This document shows positions 23,301-35,300 of a stretch of 64,000 nt of DNA, one piece after another; the stretch's first letter is position 1, and the number at the start of each line of letters is the position of its first letter. Under the pieces are notes generated by a model, which was not told the origin of the DNA, made no database searches, and saw nothing but the letters and a program-made list of their open reading frames with translations. Source of the stretch: Squalus acanthias (Eukaryota); contig JASTWF010000171.1 in the NCBI GenBank assembly GCA_030390025.1, positions 310,001-374,000 of the forward strand, in the 5' to 3' direction. Made by a program: the position numbers and the translations under genes.

Positions 23301-26300
23301 GTGGGGTTGGTGTTTTGGGGTTCATGCCCTGATGTCTGTGTGGGGGGGTTGGTGTTTTGGGGTCATGTCCTGATGTCTGTGTGTGTGTGTGTGTGGGGTT
23401 GGTGTTTTGGGGTTCATGTCCTGATGTCTGTCTGTGTGTGTGTGTGGGGTTGGTGTTTTGGGGTTCATGCCCTGATGTCTGTGTGGGGGGGTTGGTGTTT
23501 TGGGGTTCATGCCCTGATGTCTGTGTGTGTGTGGGGTTGGTGTTTTGGGGTTCATGCCCTGATGTCTGTGTGTGGGGGGTTGGTGTTTTGGGGTTCATGC
23601 CCTGATGTCTGTGTGTGGGGGGTTGGTGTTTTGGGGTTCATGCCCTGATGTCTGTGTGTGTGGGGGGTTGGTGTTTTGGGGTCATGTCCTGATGTCTGTG
23701 TGTGTGTGGGGGGTTGGTGTTTTGGGGTTCATGCCCTGATGTCTGTGTGTGGGGGTTGGTGTTTTGGGGTTCATGTCCTGATGTCTGTGTGTGTGGGGGT
23801 TGGTGTTTTGGGGTCATGTCCTGATGTCTGTGTGTGTGTGGGGTTGGTGTTTTGGGGTCATGTCCTGATGTCTGTGTGTGTGTGGGGTTGGTGTTTTGGG
23901 GTCCATGTCCTGATGTCTGTGTGTGTGGGGTTGGTGTTTTGGGGTTCATGTCCTGATGTCTCTGTGTGTGGGGGGTTGGTGTTTTGGGGTTCATGCCCTG
24001 ATGTCTGTGTGTGTGGGGGGTTGGTGTTTTGGGGTTCATGCCCTGATGTCTGTGTGTGTGGGGGGTTGGTGTTTTGGGGTCCATGCCCTGATGTCTGTGT
24101 GTGTGTGGGGTTGGTGTTTTGGGGTTCATGCCCTGATGTCTGTGTGTGGGGGTTTGGTGTTTTGGGGTTCATGCCCTGATGTCTCTGTCTGTGGGGGGTT
24201 GGTGTTTTGGGGTTCATGCCCTGATGTCTGTGTGTGTGGGGTTGGTGTTTTGGGGTTCATGCCCTGATGTCTGTGTGTGGGGGGTTGGTGTTTTGGGGTT
24301 CATGCCCTGATGTCTCTGTGTGTGGGGTTGGTGTTTTGGGGTTCATGCCCTGATGTCTGTGTGTGGGGGGTTGGTGTTTTGGGGTCCATGCCCTGATGTC
24401 TGTGTGTGTGTGGTTGGTGTTTTGGGGTTCATGCCCTGATGTCTGTGTGTGGGGGGTTGGTGTTTTGGGGTTCATGCCCTGATGTCTGTGTGTGTGTGGG
24501 GGGTTGGTGTTTTGGGGTTCATGCCCTGATGTCTGTGTGTGGGGGGTTGGTGTTTTGGGGTTCATGCCCTGATGTCTGTGTCTGTGTGTGTGGGGTTGGT
24601 GTTTTGGGGTTCATGTCCTGATGTCTCTGTGTGTGTGTGGGGTTGGTGTTTTGGGGTTCATGTCCTGATGTCTGTGTGTGGGGGGTTGGTGTTTTGGGGT
24701 TCATGCCCTGATGTCTGTGTGTGTGGGGGTTGGTGTTTTGGGGTTCATGCCCTGATGTCTGTGTGTGGGGGGTTGGTGTTTTGGGGTTCATGCCCTGATG
24801 TCTGTGTCTGTGTGTGGGGGTTGGTGTTTTGGGGTTCATGTCCTGATGTCTGTGTGTGTGTGGGGGTTGGTGTTTTGGGGTTCATGCCCTGATGTCTGTG
24901 TGTGTGTGGGGGGTTGGTGTTTTGGGGTTCATGTCCTGATGTCTGTGTGTGTGGGGGGTTGGTGTTTTGGGGTTCATGCCCTGATGTCTGTGTGTGGGGG
25001 GGGGTTGGTGTTTTGGGGTTCATGCCCTGATGTCTGTGTGTGTGGGGGGTTGGTGTTCATGTCCTGATGTCTGTGTGTGGGGGTTTGGTGTTTTGGGGTT
25101 CATGCTCTGATGTCTGTGTGTGTGTGGGCTTGGTGTTTTGGGGTTCACAGAATCACAGAATCCCCACAGTGCAGATAGAGGCCATTTCGGCCCATCGAGC
25201 CTGCACCAACACATATCCCATCCTATCCCCGTAACCCCACGTATTTAATCCCCCCCTCACACTGAGGGTCAATTTATCGTAGCCAAATCAACCTAACCCG
25301 CACATCTTTGGACTGTGGGAGGAAACCGGAGCACCCGGAGGAAACCCACGCAGACACGGGGAGAATGTGCAAACTCCACACAGACAGTCACCCGTGGCCG
25401 GATTCGTACCGGGTCCCTGGCGCTGTGAGGCAACAGGGCTAACCACTATGCCATCGTGTTGCCCTGATGTTTCTGTGTGTGTGTTGGGTTGGTGTTTTGG
25501 GGTTCATGCCCTGAAGCGTATGTGTGTGTGTGTGGGGTTGGTATATTGGGGTTCATGCCCTGATGTTCCTGTGTGGTGGGGGTTGGTGTTTTGGGGTTCA
25601 TGCCCTGATGTTCCTGTGTGGTGGGGGTTGGTGTTTTGGGGTTCATGTCCTGATGTCTGTGTGTGTGTGTGTGTGTGTGGTTGGTGTTTTGGGGTTCATG
25701 TCCTGATGTCTGTGTGTGGGTGGTTGGTGTTTTGGGGTTCATGTCCTGATGTCTGTGTGTGTGGGGTTGGTGTTTTGGGGTTCATGTCCTGATGTCTGTG
25801 TGTGTGGGGGTTGGTGTTTTGGGGTTCATGTCCTGATGTCTGTGTGTGTGGGGGTTGGTGTTTTGGGGTTCATGTCCTGATGTCTGTGTGTGTGGGGTTG
25901 GTGTTTTGGGGTTCACGCCCTGATGTCTGTGTGTGTGGGGTTGGTGTTTTGGGGTTCACGCCCTGATGTCTGTGTGTGTGGGGTTGGTGTTTTGGGGTTC
26001 ATGCCCTGATGTCTCTGTGTGTGTGGTTGGTGTTTTGGGGTTCATGCCCTGATGTCTGTGTGTGTGGGGGGTTGGTGTTTTGGGGTTCATGTCCTGATGT
26101 CTGTGTGTGTGTGGGGTTGGTGTTTTGGGGTTCATGCCCTGATGTCTGTGTGTGTGGGGGGTTGGTGTTTTGGGGTTCATGCCCTGATGTCTGTGTGTGT
26201 GGGGGGTTGGTGTTTTGGGGTTCATGTCCTGATGTCTGTGTGTGTGTGGGGTTGGTGTTTTGGGGTTCATGCCCTGATGTCTCTGTGTGTGTGGGTTTGG

Positions 26301-29300
26301 TGTTTTGTGGTTCATGCCCTGATGTCTGTGTGTGTGTGAGGTTGGTGTTTTGGGGTTCATGTCCTGATGTCTGTGTGTGTGTGGGGTTGGTGTTTTGGGG
26401 TTCATGCCCTGATGTCTGTGTGTGTGGGTTTGGTGTTTTGTGGTTCATGCCCTGATGTCTGTGTGTGTGTGAGGTTGGTGTTTTGGGGTTCATGTCCTGA
26501 TGTCTGTGTGTGTGTGGGGTTGGTGTTTTGGGGTTCATGCCCTGATGTCTGTGTGTGTGGGGTTGGTGTTTTGGGGTTCATGCCCTGATGTCTGTGTGTG
26601 GGGGGGTTGGTGTTTTGGGGTTCATGCCCTGATATCTGTGTGTGTGTGGGGGTTGGTGTTTTGGGGTTCATGCCCTGATGTCTGTGTGTGTGGGGGGTTG
26701 GTGTTTTGGGGTTCATGTCCTGATGTGTGTGTGTGTGTGGGGTTGGTGTTTTGGGGTTCATGCCCTGATGTCTGTGTGTGTGGGTTTGGTGTTTTGGGGT
26801 TCATGCCCTGATGTCTGTGTGTGTGGGGGGTTGGTGTTTTGGGGTCCATGTCCTGATGTCTGTGTGTGGGGGGTTGGTGTTTTGGGGTTCATGCCCTGAT
26901 GTCTGTGTGTGTGGGGGGTTGGTGTTTTGGGGTTCATGTCCTGATGTGTGTGTGTGTGTGTGTGTGGGGTTGGTGTTTTGGGGTTCATGCCCTGATGTCT
27001 GTGTGTGGGGGGTTGGTGTTTTGGGGTCCATGTCCTGATGTCTGTGTGTGGGGGGTTGGTGTTTTGGGGTTCATGCCCTGATGTCTGTGTGTGTGTGGGG
27101 AGTTGGTGTTTTGGGGTTCATGTCCTGATGTCTGTGTGTGGGTGGTTGGTGTTTTGGGGTCCATGTCCTGATGTCTGTGTGTGGGGGGTTGGTGTTTTGG
27201 GGTTCATGCCCTGATGTCTGTGTGTGGGTGGTTGGTGTTTTGGGGTTCATGCCCTGATGTCTGTGTGTGTGGGGAGTTGGTGTTTTGGGGTTCATGTCCT
27301 GATGTCTGTGTGTGTGGGGTTGGTGTTTTGGGGTTCATGTCCTGATATCTGTGTGTGTGTGGGGGTTGGTGTTTTGGGGTTCATGCCCTGATGTCTGTGT
27401 GTGTGGGGGGTTGGTGTTTTGGGGTTCATGCCCTGATGTCTGTGTGTGTGGGGGGTTGGTGTTTTGGGGTTCATGCCCTGATGTCTGTGTGTGTGGGTTG
27501 GTGTTTTGGGGTTCATGCCCTGATGTCTGTGTGTGTGGGGGGTTGGTGTTTTGGGGTTCATGCCCTGATGTCTGTGTGTGGGGGGTTGGTGTTTTGGGGT
27601 TCATGCCCTGATGTCTGTGTGTGTGGTTGGTGTTTTGGGGTTCATGCCCTGATGTCTGTGTGTGTGGGGGGTTGGTGTTTTGGGGTTCATGCCCTGATGT
27701 CTGTGTGTGTGGGGGGTTGGTGTTTTGGGGTTCATGCCCTGATGTCTGTGTGTGGGGGGTTGGTGTTTTGGGGTTCATGTCCTGATGTCTGTGTGTGTGG
27801 GGGGTTGGTGTTTTGAGGTTCATGTCCTGATGTCTGTGTGTGTGGGTTTGGTGTTTTGGGGTTCATGCTCTGATGTCTGTGTGTGTGTGGGCTTGGTGTT
27901 TTGGGGTTCATGCCCTGATGTCTGTGTGTGGGGGGTTGGTGTTTTGGGGTTCATGCCCTGATGTCTGTGTGTGTGGTTGGTGTTTTGGGGTTCATGCCCT
28001 GATGTCTGTGTGTGTGGGGGGTTGGTGTTTTGGGGTTCATGCCCTGATGTCTGTGTGTGTGGGGGGTTGGTGTTTTGGGGTTCATGCCCTGATGTCTGTG
28101 TGTGGGGGGTTGGTGTTTTGGGGTTCATGTCCTGATGTCTGTGTGTGTGGGGGGTTGGTGTTTTGAGGTTCATGTCCTGATGTCTGTGTGTGTGGGTTTG
28201 GTGTTTTGGGGTTCATGCTCTGATGTCTGTGTGTGTGTGGGCTTGGTGTTTTGGGGTTCACAGAATCACAGAATCCCCACAGTGCAGATAGAGGCCATTT
28301 CGGCCCATCGAGCCTGCACCAACACATATCCCATCCTATCCCCGTAACCCCACGTATTTAATCCCCCCCTCACACTGAGGGTCAATTTATCGTAGCCAAA
28401 TTAACCTAACCCGCACATCTTTGGACTGTGGGAGGAAACCGGAGCACCCGGAGGAAACCCACGCAGACACGGGGAGAATGTGCAAACTCCACACAGACAG
28501 TCACCCGTGGCCGGATTCGTACCGGGTCCCTGGCGCTGTGAGGCAACAGGGCTAACCACTATGCCATCGTGTTGCCCTGATGTTTCTGTGTGTGTGTTGG
28601 GTTGGTGTTTTGGGGTTCATGCCCTGAAGCGTATGTGTGTGTGTGTGGGGTTGGTATATTGGGGTTCATGTCCTGATGTCTCTGTGTGGGGGGTTGGTGT
28701 TTTGGGGTTCATGCCCTGATGTCTCTGTGTGTGTGTGGGGTTGGTGTTTTGGGGTTCATGTCCTGATGTCTGTATGTGTGGGGGGTTGGTGTTTTGGGGT
28801 TCATGCCCTAATGTCTGTATGTGTGGGGGGTTGGTGTTCTGGGGTTCTTGCCCTGATGTCTCTCTCTCTCTCTGTGTTTCAGGTTCTCACTCTCTCCGGT
28901 ATTTCCTTACCACCATAACTCCAATTCCCGGTCTGCCGCAGTTTGTGGGTGTCGGGTATGTGGACGAGGTCCAGTTTGTTATGTACGACAGTGATCGGAA
29001 GGAGTTGATCCCGAGGGAGCAGTGGATGGTGGAGAGTGAGGGGCCCGAGTCCTGGCAGCGGAAATTTCAGCTCGCTCAGGAACGGGAGGTGTATCACAAG
29101 GCACAGATTCAGATGCTCATGACCCGGACCAACCAGTCGGGAGGTGAGTCCTCGCCCTCCCGCCGCGATCGGGCTCTTTCTCTGGGTTGAGGGTGGCCGG
29201 GTGGGAATGGGGAGCGAGCTGTGGAGTGGAGCGAGCTCAGGGAGCCAGGGTCCCCGGGAAAAGAGGCACTCCATCTCCCAGACCAGGGGCAGCGACCAAT

Positions 29301-32300
29301 GGGGAGCGGCCTCACATCAGTCCTTTAATTACACAGATCAGGAACCGAGGGGTGGGGGTGGAAACATAGAAACATAGAATCTAGGAGCAGGAGTAGGCCA
29401 CTCGGCCCTTCGAGCCTGCTCCGCCATTCAATACGATCATGGCTGATCATCCAAATCCAGTACCCTGTCCCTGCTTTAATCCCCACAGTACACATATCCC
29501 ACCCTACCCCCGTAACCCCACGTATTTAATTCCCCCTAACATATCCCATCCTATCCCCATAACCCCACATATTTAATCCCCCCCTAACACTAAGGGTCAA
29601 TTTATCATAGCCAAATCAACCTAACCCACACATTTTTGGACTGTGGGAGGAAACCGGAGCACCCGGAGGAAACCCACGCAGACACGGGGAGAATGTGCAA
29701 ACTCCACACAGACAGTCACCCGAGGTCAGATTCGAACCCGGGTCTCTGGCGCTGTGAGGCACCAGTGCTAACCACTATGCCACCGTGTTGCCTTTAAATA
29801 TTTAGATCAGGAATTGGGGGGTCCTTCAAATTTATATCCCATGTTCTTTGGTTCCTTTTATTAGAAATCAATGTCTTTAGTCTTTTAAAATGCAGATTGG
29901 TTTTCGGTGTTTTTAGTTCATAGCTCGGGTTCCGGGGGTTCTTTAAATGCACAGATCTGGAAACAGGCGGGGGGGATCCTTTAAATACCGCCTGCTTCCC
30001 AGGTGTGTCTGACCAGCTGAGGGACAGTGGGGCGGGTCTCCCGGTGGGACTGAGTCTGATTGGCTGTGTGTGTGTTTGATCGACAGGGATCCACACGTAC
30101 CAGGTGATGATTGGCTGTGACCTGAGGGACGATGGGACCACGAGCGGGTTTGTCCAGTTCGGCTGGGACGGGCGAGACCTCATCAGCTTCGACAAGGATC
30201 ACCTGGTGTGGGTCACTCCGGTCCTATGGGGAGAGAGCATCAAGAACAGGAAGGACCAGGACACAGTCGGCAACCTGGGGTGGAAGAATTACCTGGAGGT
30301 GGAGTGTATCGAGTGGCTGAGGAAATACCTGCAGTACGGACAGCGGGGACTGAGAGTGGGTGAGTGAGGGGGGACTGAGAGTGGGCGAGTGAGGGGGGAC
30401 TGAGAGTGGGCGAGTGAGGTGCAGTGACTCTCGATATCGCGGTTCCTTTACTAAATCCTCTTTCTTTCTCTCTCAGTCCCACCCATCGTGTCCTTTATCC
30501 GTCCGGGGGAAGCTAACCGCCTCTTCTGTGTCGTCACCGGGTTTTACCCGCAAGCCATCGAGGTGACTCTGTGGAGAGATGGAATGTTGGTCGATGAGAC
30601 TCAGTCCAGTGGGATCCTGCCCAATCACGACAGCACCTACCAGATCCAGAAATGGGTGGAGTTTGACCCCAAGGACCAGGCTGAGTATTCCTGTCAGGTG
30701 GAGCACAGTGGGCTGGAGGAGATGGTGATGGTGATTTATGGTAAGACTCTCTCTCACTGTTAGAGGGGACCCAGCCTGGGACAGACCCACAAGGGGGAGG
30801 GTCAGTGCTGAGCTCCCAGCCCAGGACAGGCCCACAGGAGGGAGGGTCAGTGCTGAGCTCCCAGCCTGGGACAGACCCACAGGAGGGAGGGTCAGTGCTG
30901 AGCTCCCAGCCCGGGACAGGCCCACAGGAGGGAGGGTCAGTGCTGAGCTCCCAGCCCGGGACAGACCCACAGGAGGGAGGGTCAGTGCTGAGCTCCCAGC
31001 CCGGGACAGACCCACAGGAGGGAGGGTCAGTGCTGAGCTCCCAGCCTCGGGACAGACCCACAGGAGGGAGGGTCAGTGCTGAGCTCCCAGCCCGGGACAG
31101 GCCCACAGGAGGGAGGGTCAGTGCTGAGCTCCCAGCCTGGGACAGACCCACAGGAGGGAGGGTCAGTGCTGAGCTCCCAGCCTGGGACAGACCCACAGGA
31201 GGGAGGGTCAGTGCTGAGCTCCCAGCCTGGGACAGGCCCACAGGAGGGAGGGTCAGTGCTGAGCTCCCAGCCCGGGACAGACCCACAGGAGGGAGGGTCA
31301 GTGCTGAGCTCCCAGCCCGGGACAGGTTGGAGTCAGGCTACAGAGAGAGCGGAAGAATTATTAACTTTCAACATGTTCATGTCATCACAGCATTTATCGA
31401 GCCGCTGTATCCTGGGATATTACGGTCCACGGTGGATCCTGGGATATTACGGTCCACGGTGGATCCTGGGATATTACGGTCCACGGTGGATCCTGGGATA
31501 TTACGGTCCACGGTGGATCCTGGGATATTACGGTCCACGGTGGATCCTGGGATATTACGGTCCACGGTGGATCCTGGGATATTACGGTCCACGGTGGATC
31601 CTGGGATATTACGGTCCACGGTGGATCCTGGGATATTACGGTCCACGGTGGATCCTGGGATATTACGGTCCACGGTGGATCCTGGGATATTACGGTCCAC
31701 GGTGGATCCTGGGATATTACGGTCCACGGTGGATCCTGGGATATTACGGTCCACGGTGGATCCTGGGATATTACGGTCCACGGTGGATCCTGGGATATTA
31801 CGGTCCACGGTGGATCCTGGGATATTACGGTCCACGGTGGATCCTGGGATATTACGGTCCACGGTGGATCCTGGGATATTACGGTCCACGGTGGATCCTG
31901 GGATATTACGGTCCACGGTGGATCCTGGGATATTACGGTCCACGGTGGATCCTGGGATATTACGGTCCACGGTGGATCCTGGGATATTACGGTCCACGGT
32001 GGATCCTGGGATATTACGGTCCACGGTGGATCCTGGGATATTACGGTCCACGGTGGATCCTGGGATATTACGGTCCACGGTGGATCCTGGGATATTACGG
32101 TCCACGGTGGATCCTGGGATATTACGGTCCACGGTGGATCCTGGGATATTACGGTCCACGGTGGATCCTGGGATATTACGGTCCACGGTGGATCCTGGGA
32201 TATTACGGTCCACGGTGGATCCTGGGATATTACGGTCCACGGTGGATCCTGGGATATTACGGTCCACGGTGGATCCTGGGATATTACGGTCCACGGTGGA

Positions 32301-35300
32301 TCCTGGGATATTACGGTCCACGGTGGATCCTGGGATATTACGGTCCACGGTGGATCCTGGGATATTACGGTCCACGGTGGATCCTGGGATATTACGGTCC
32401 ACGGTGGATCCTGGGATATTACGGTCCACGGTGGATCCTGGGATATTACGGTCCACGGTGGATCCTGGGATATTACGGTCCACGGTGGATCCTGGGATAT
32501 TACGGTCCACGGTGGATCCTGGGATATTACGGTCCACGGTGGATCCTGGGATATTACGGTCCACGGTGGATCCTGGGATATTACGGTCCACGGTGGATCC
32601 TGGGATATTACGGTCCACGGTGGATCCTGGGATATTACGGTCCACGGTGGATCCTGGGATATTACGGTCCACGGTGGATCCTGGGATATTACGGTCCACG
32701 GTGGATCCTGGGATATTACGGTCCACGGTGGATCCTGGGATATTACGGTCCACGGTGGATCCTGGGATATTACGGTCCACGGTGGATCCTGGGATATTAC
32801 GGTCCACGGTGGATCCTGGGATATTACGGTCCACGGTGGATCCTGGGATATTACGGTCCACGGTGGATCCTGGGATATTACGGTCCACGGTGGATCCTGG
32901 GATATTACGGTCCACGGTGGATCCTGGGATATTACGGTCCACGGTGGATCCTGGGATATTACGGTCCACGGTGGATCCTGGGATATTACGGTCCACGGTG
33001 GATCCTGGGATATTACAGTCCACGGTGGATCCTGGGATATTACAGTCCACGGTGTATCCTGGGATATGACAGTCCACGGTGCATCCTGGGATATGACAGT
33101 CCACGGTGCATCCTGGGATATGACAGTCCACGGTGTATCCTGGGATATTACAGTCCACGGTGGATCCTGGGATATTACAGTCCACGGTGGATCCTGGGAT
33201 ATTACAGTCCACGGTGGATCCTGGGATATTACAGTCCACGGTGGATCCTGGGATATGACAGTCCACGGTGTATCCTGGGATATGACAGTCCACGGTGCAT
33301 CCTGGGATATGACAGTCCACGGTGCATCCTGGGATATGACAGTCCACGGTGGATCCTGGGATATTACGTCCACGGTGGATCCTGGGATATTACAGTCCAC
33401 GGTGGATCCTGGGATATGACAGTCCACGGTGCATCCTGGGATATGACAGTCCACGGTGGATCCTGGGATATTACAGGTCCACGGTGGATCCTGGGATATT
33501 ACAGTCCACGGTGGATCCTGGGATATTACAGTCCACGGTGGATCCTGGGATATTACGGTCCACGGTGGATCCTGGGATATTACGGTCCACGGTGGATCCT
33601 GGGATATTACGGTCCACGGTGGATCCTGGGATATTACGGTCCACGGTGGATCCTGGGATATTACGGTCCACGGTGGATCCTGGGATATTACGGTCCACGG
33701 TGGATCCTGGGATATTACGGTCCACGGTGGATCCTGGGATATTACGGTCCACGGTGGATCCTGGGATATTACGGTCCACGGTGGATCCTGGGATATTACG
33801 GTCCACGGTGGATCCTGGGATATTACGGTCCACGGTGGATCCTGGGATATTACGGTCCACGGTGGATCCTGGGATATTACGGTCCACGGTGGGTCCTGGG
33901 ATATTACGGTCCACGGTGGGTCCTGGGATATTACGGTCCACGGTGGGTCCTGGGATATTACGGTCCACGGTGGGTCCTGGGATATTACGGTCCACGGTGG
34001 GTCCTGGGATATTACGGTCCACGGTGGGTCCTGGGATATTACGGTCCACGGTGGGTCCTGGGATATTACGGTCCACGGTGGGTCCTGGGATATTACGGTC
34101 CACGGTGGGTCCTGGGATATTACGGTCCACGGTGGGTCCTGGGATATTACGGTCCACGGTGGGTCCTGGGATATTACGGTCCACGGTGGGTCCTGGGATA
34201 TTACGGTCCACGGTGGGTCCTGGGATATTACGGTCCACGGTGGGTCCTGGGATATTACGGTCCACGGTGGGTCCTGGGATATTACGGTCCACGGTGGGTC
34301 CTGGGATATTACGGTCCACGGTGGGTCCTGGGATATTACGGTCCACGGTGGGTCCTGGGATATTACGGTCCACGGTGGGTCCTGGGATATTACGGTCCAC
34401 GGTGGGTCCTGGGATATTACGGTCCACGGTGGGTCCTGGGATATTACGGTCCACGGTGGATCCTGGGATATTACGGTCCACGGTGGATCCTGGGATATTA
34501 CGGTCCACGGTGGATCCTGGGATATTACGGTCCACGGTGGATCCTGGGATATTACGGTCCACGGTGGATCCTGGGATATTACGGTCCACGGTGGATCCTG
34601 GGATATTACGGTCCACGGTGGATCCTGGGATATTACTGTCCACGGTGGATTTTGGGATATTACTGTCCACGGTGTATTTTGGGATATTACAGTATGAGGA
34701 CACGGTGTATCCCTGTCTGTCTCTGATTCTCTCACTCTCTCTCTCTCTCTCAGTACCGAAGTCTGAGTCCATGGTCCCTGCTATTGTTGGTGTGATTGGG
34801 GTCCTCGGGCTGCTCATCGCTCTCTCCATTGTAGCTGTCGTCATCTACAGAAAGAAAGGTAGGAAATGGAGACAAAATGGTCGCGTCCCCACTGGGGGAG
34901 GGAGGGAGGGGCCTGGATTGGGAGGAGGGGCCAGGTTGGAGGTGGCGGGGTCCTTTAAGGGGGGGGCAGGGGCCCAGTGTCAGGGGGATGGCCCGGTGGT
35001 GGGTGGAAGTGTACTGGGCTGGAGGGTGAAGGGCCCAGGTGTAGGGGCTCTGAGCGTGGGGGAGGGGCTCTGGGTGAGGCGGCGGGGCTCTGGGTGAGGG
35101 CGAGAGGATCTGGGTGAGGGGGCGGGTCTCTGGGTGAGGTGGCGGGGCTCTGGGTGAGGGGAAGGGGCCCAGGGTGAGGGGCTGGGGCTCTGGGTTAGGG
35201 GGGAGGGGCTCTGGGTGAGGGCGAGAGGATCTGGGGGAGGGGGCGGGGCTGGGGCTCTGGGTGGGCAGAGCCACGTTGGGGGGTGATCCTCTCTCTTCTC

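Larger units (their letters stand above)
19143..28860. repeat. About 9.7-kb compound minisatellite; ~42-48-bp unit GGTTGGTGTTTTGGGGTTCATG[C/T]CCTGATGTC(TG)n(G)m, roughly 200 units
   Basis: Direct reading; unit length varies through the TG and G runs. Confidence 0.97.

Noticed and set aside
18942-28918. Many Cys/His-rich ORFs on both strands
   Set aside because: Intronic minisatellite with constant frame-shifting length variation
12745-34712. Shared words (CTGGG, ATATTA, ACGGT) between the 19-bp and 27-bp arrays
   Set aside because: Short matches in different order; common origin cannot be supported
30805-35097. 400-1216-aa repeat ORFs, one running into the TM exon
   Set aside because: Stop-free 27-bp and 45-bp repeats inside intron 4; canonical splice sites define the real exons
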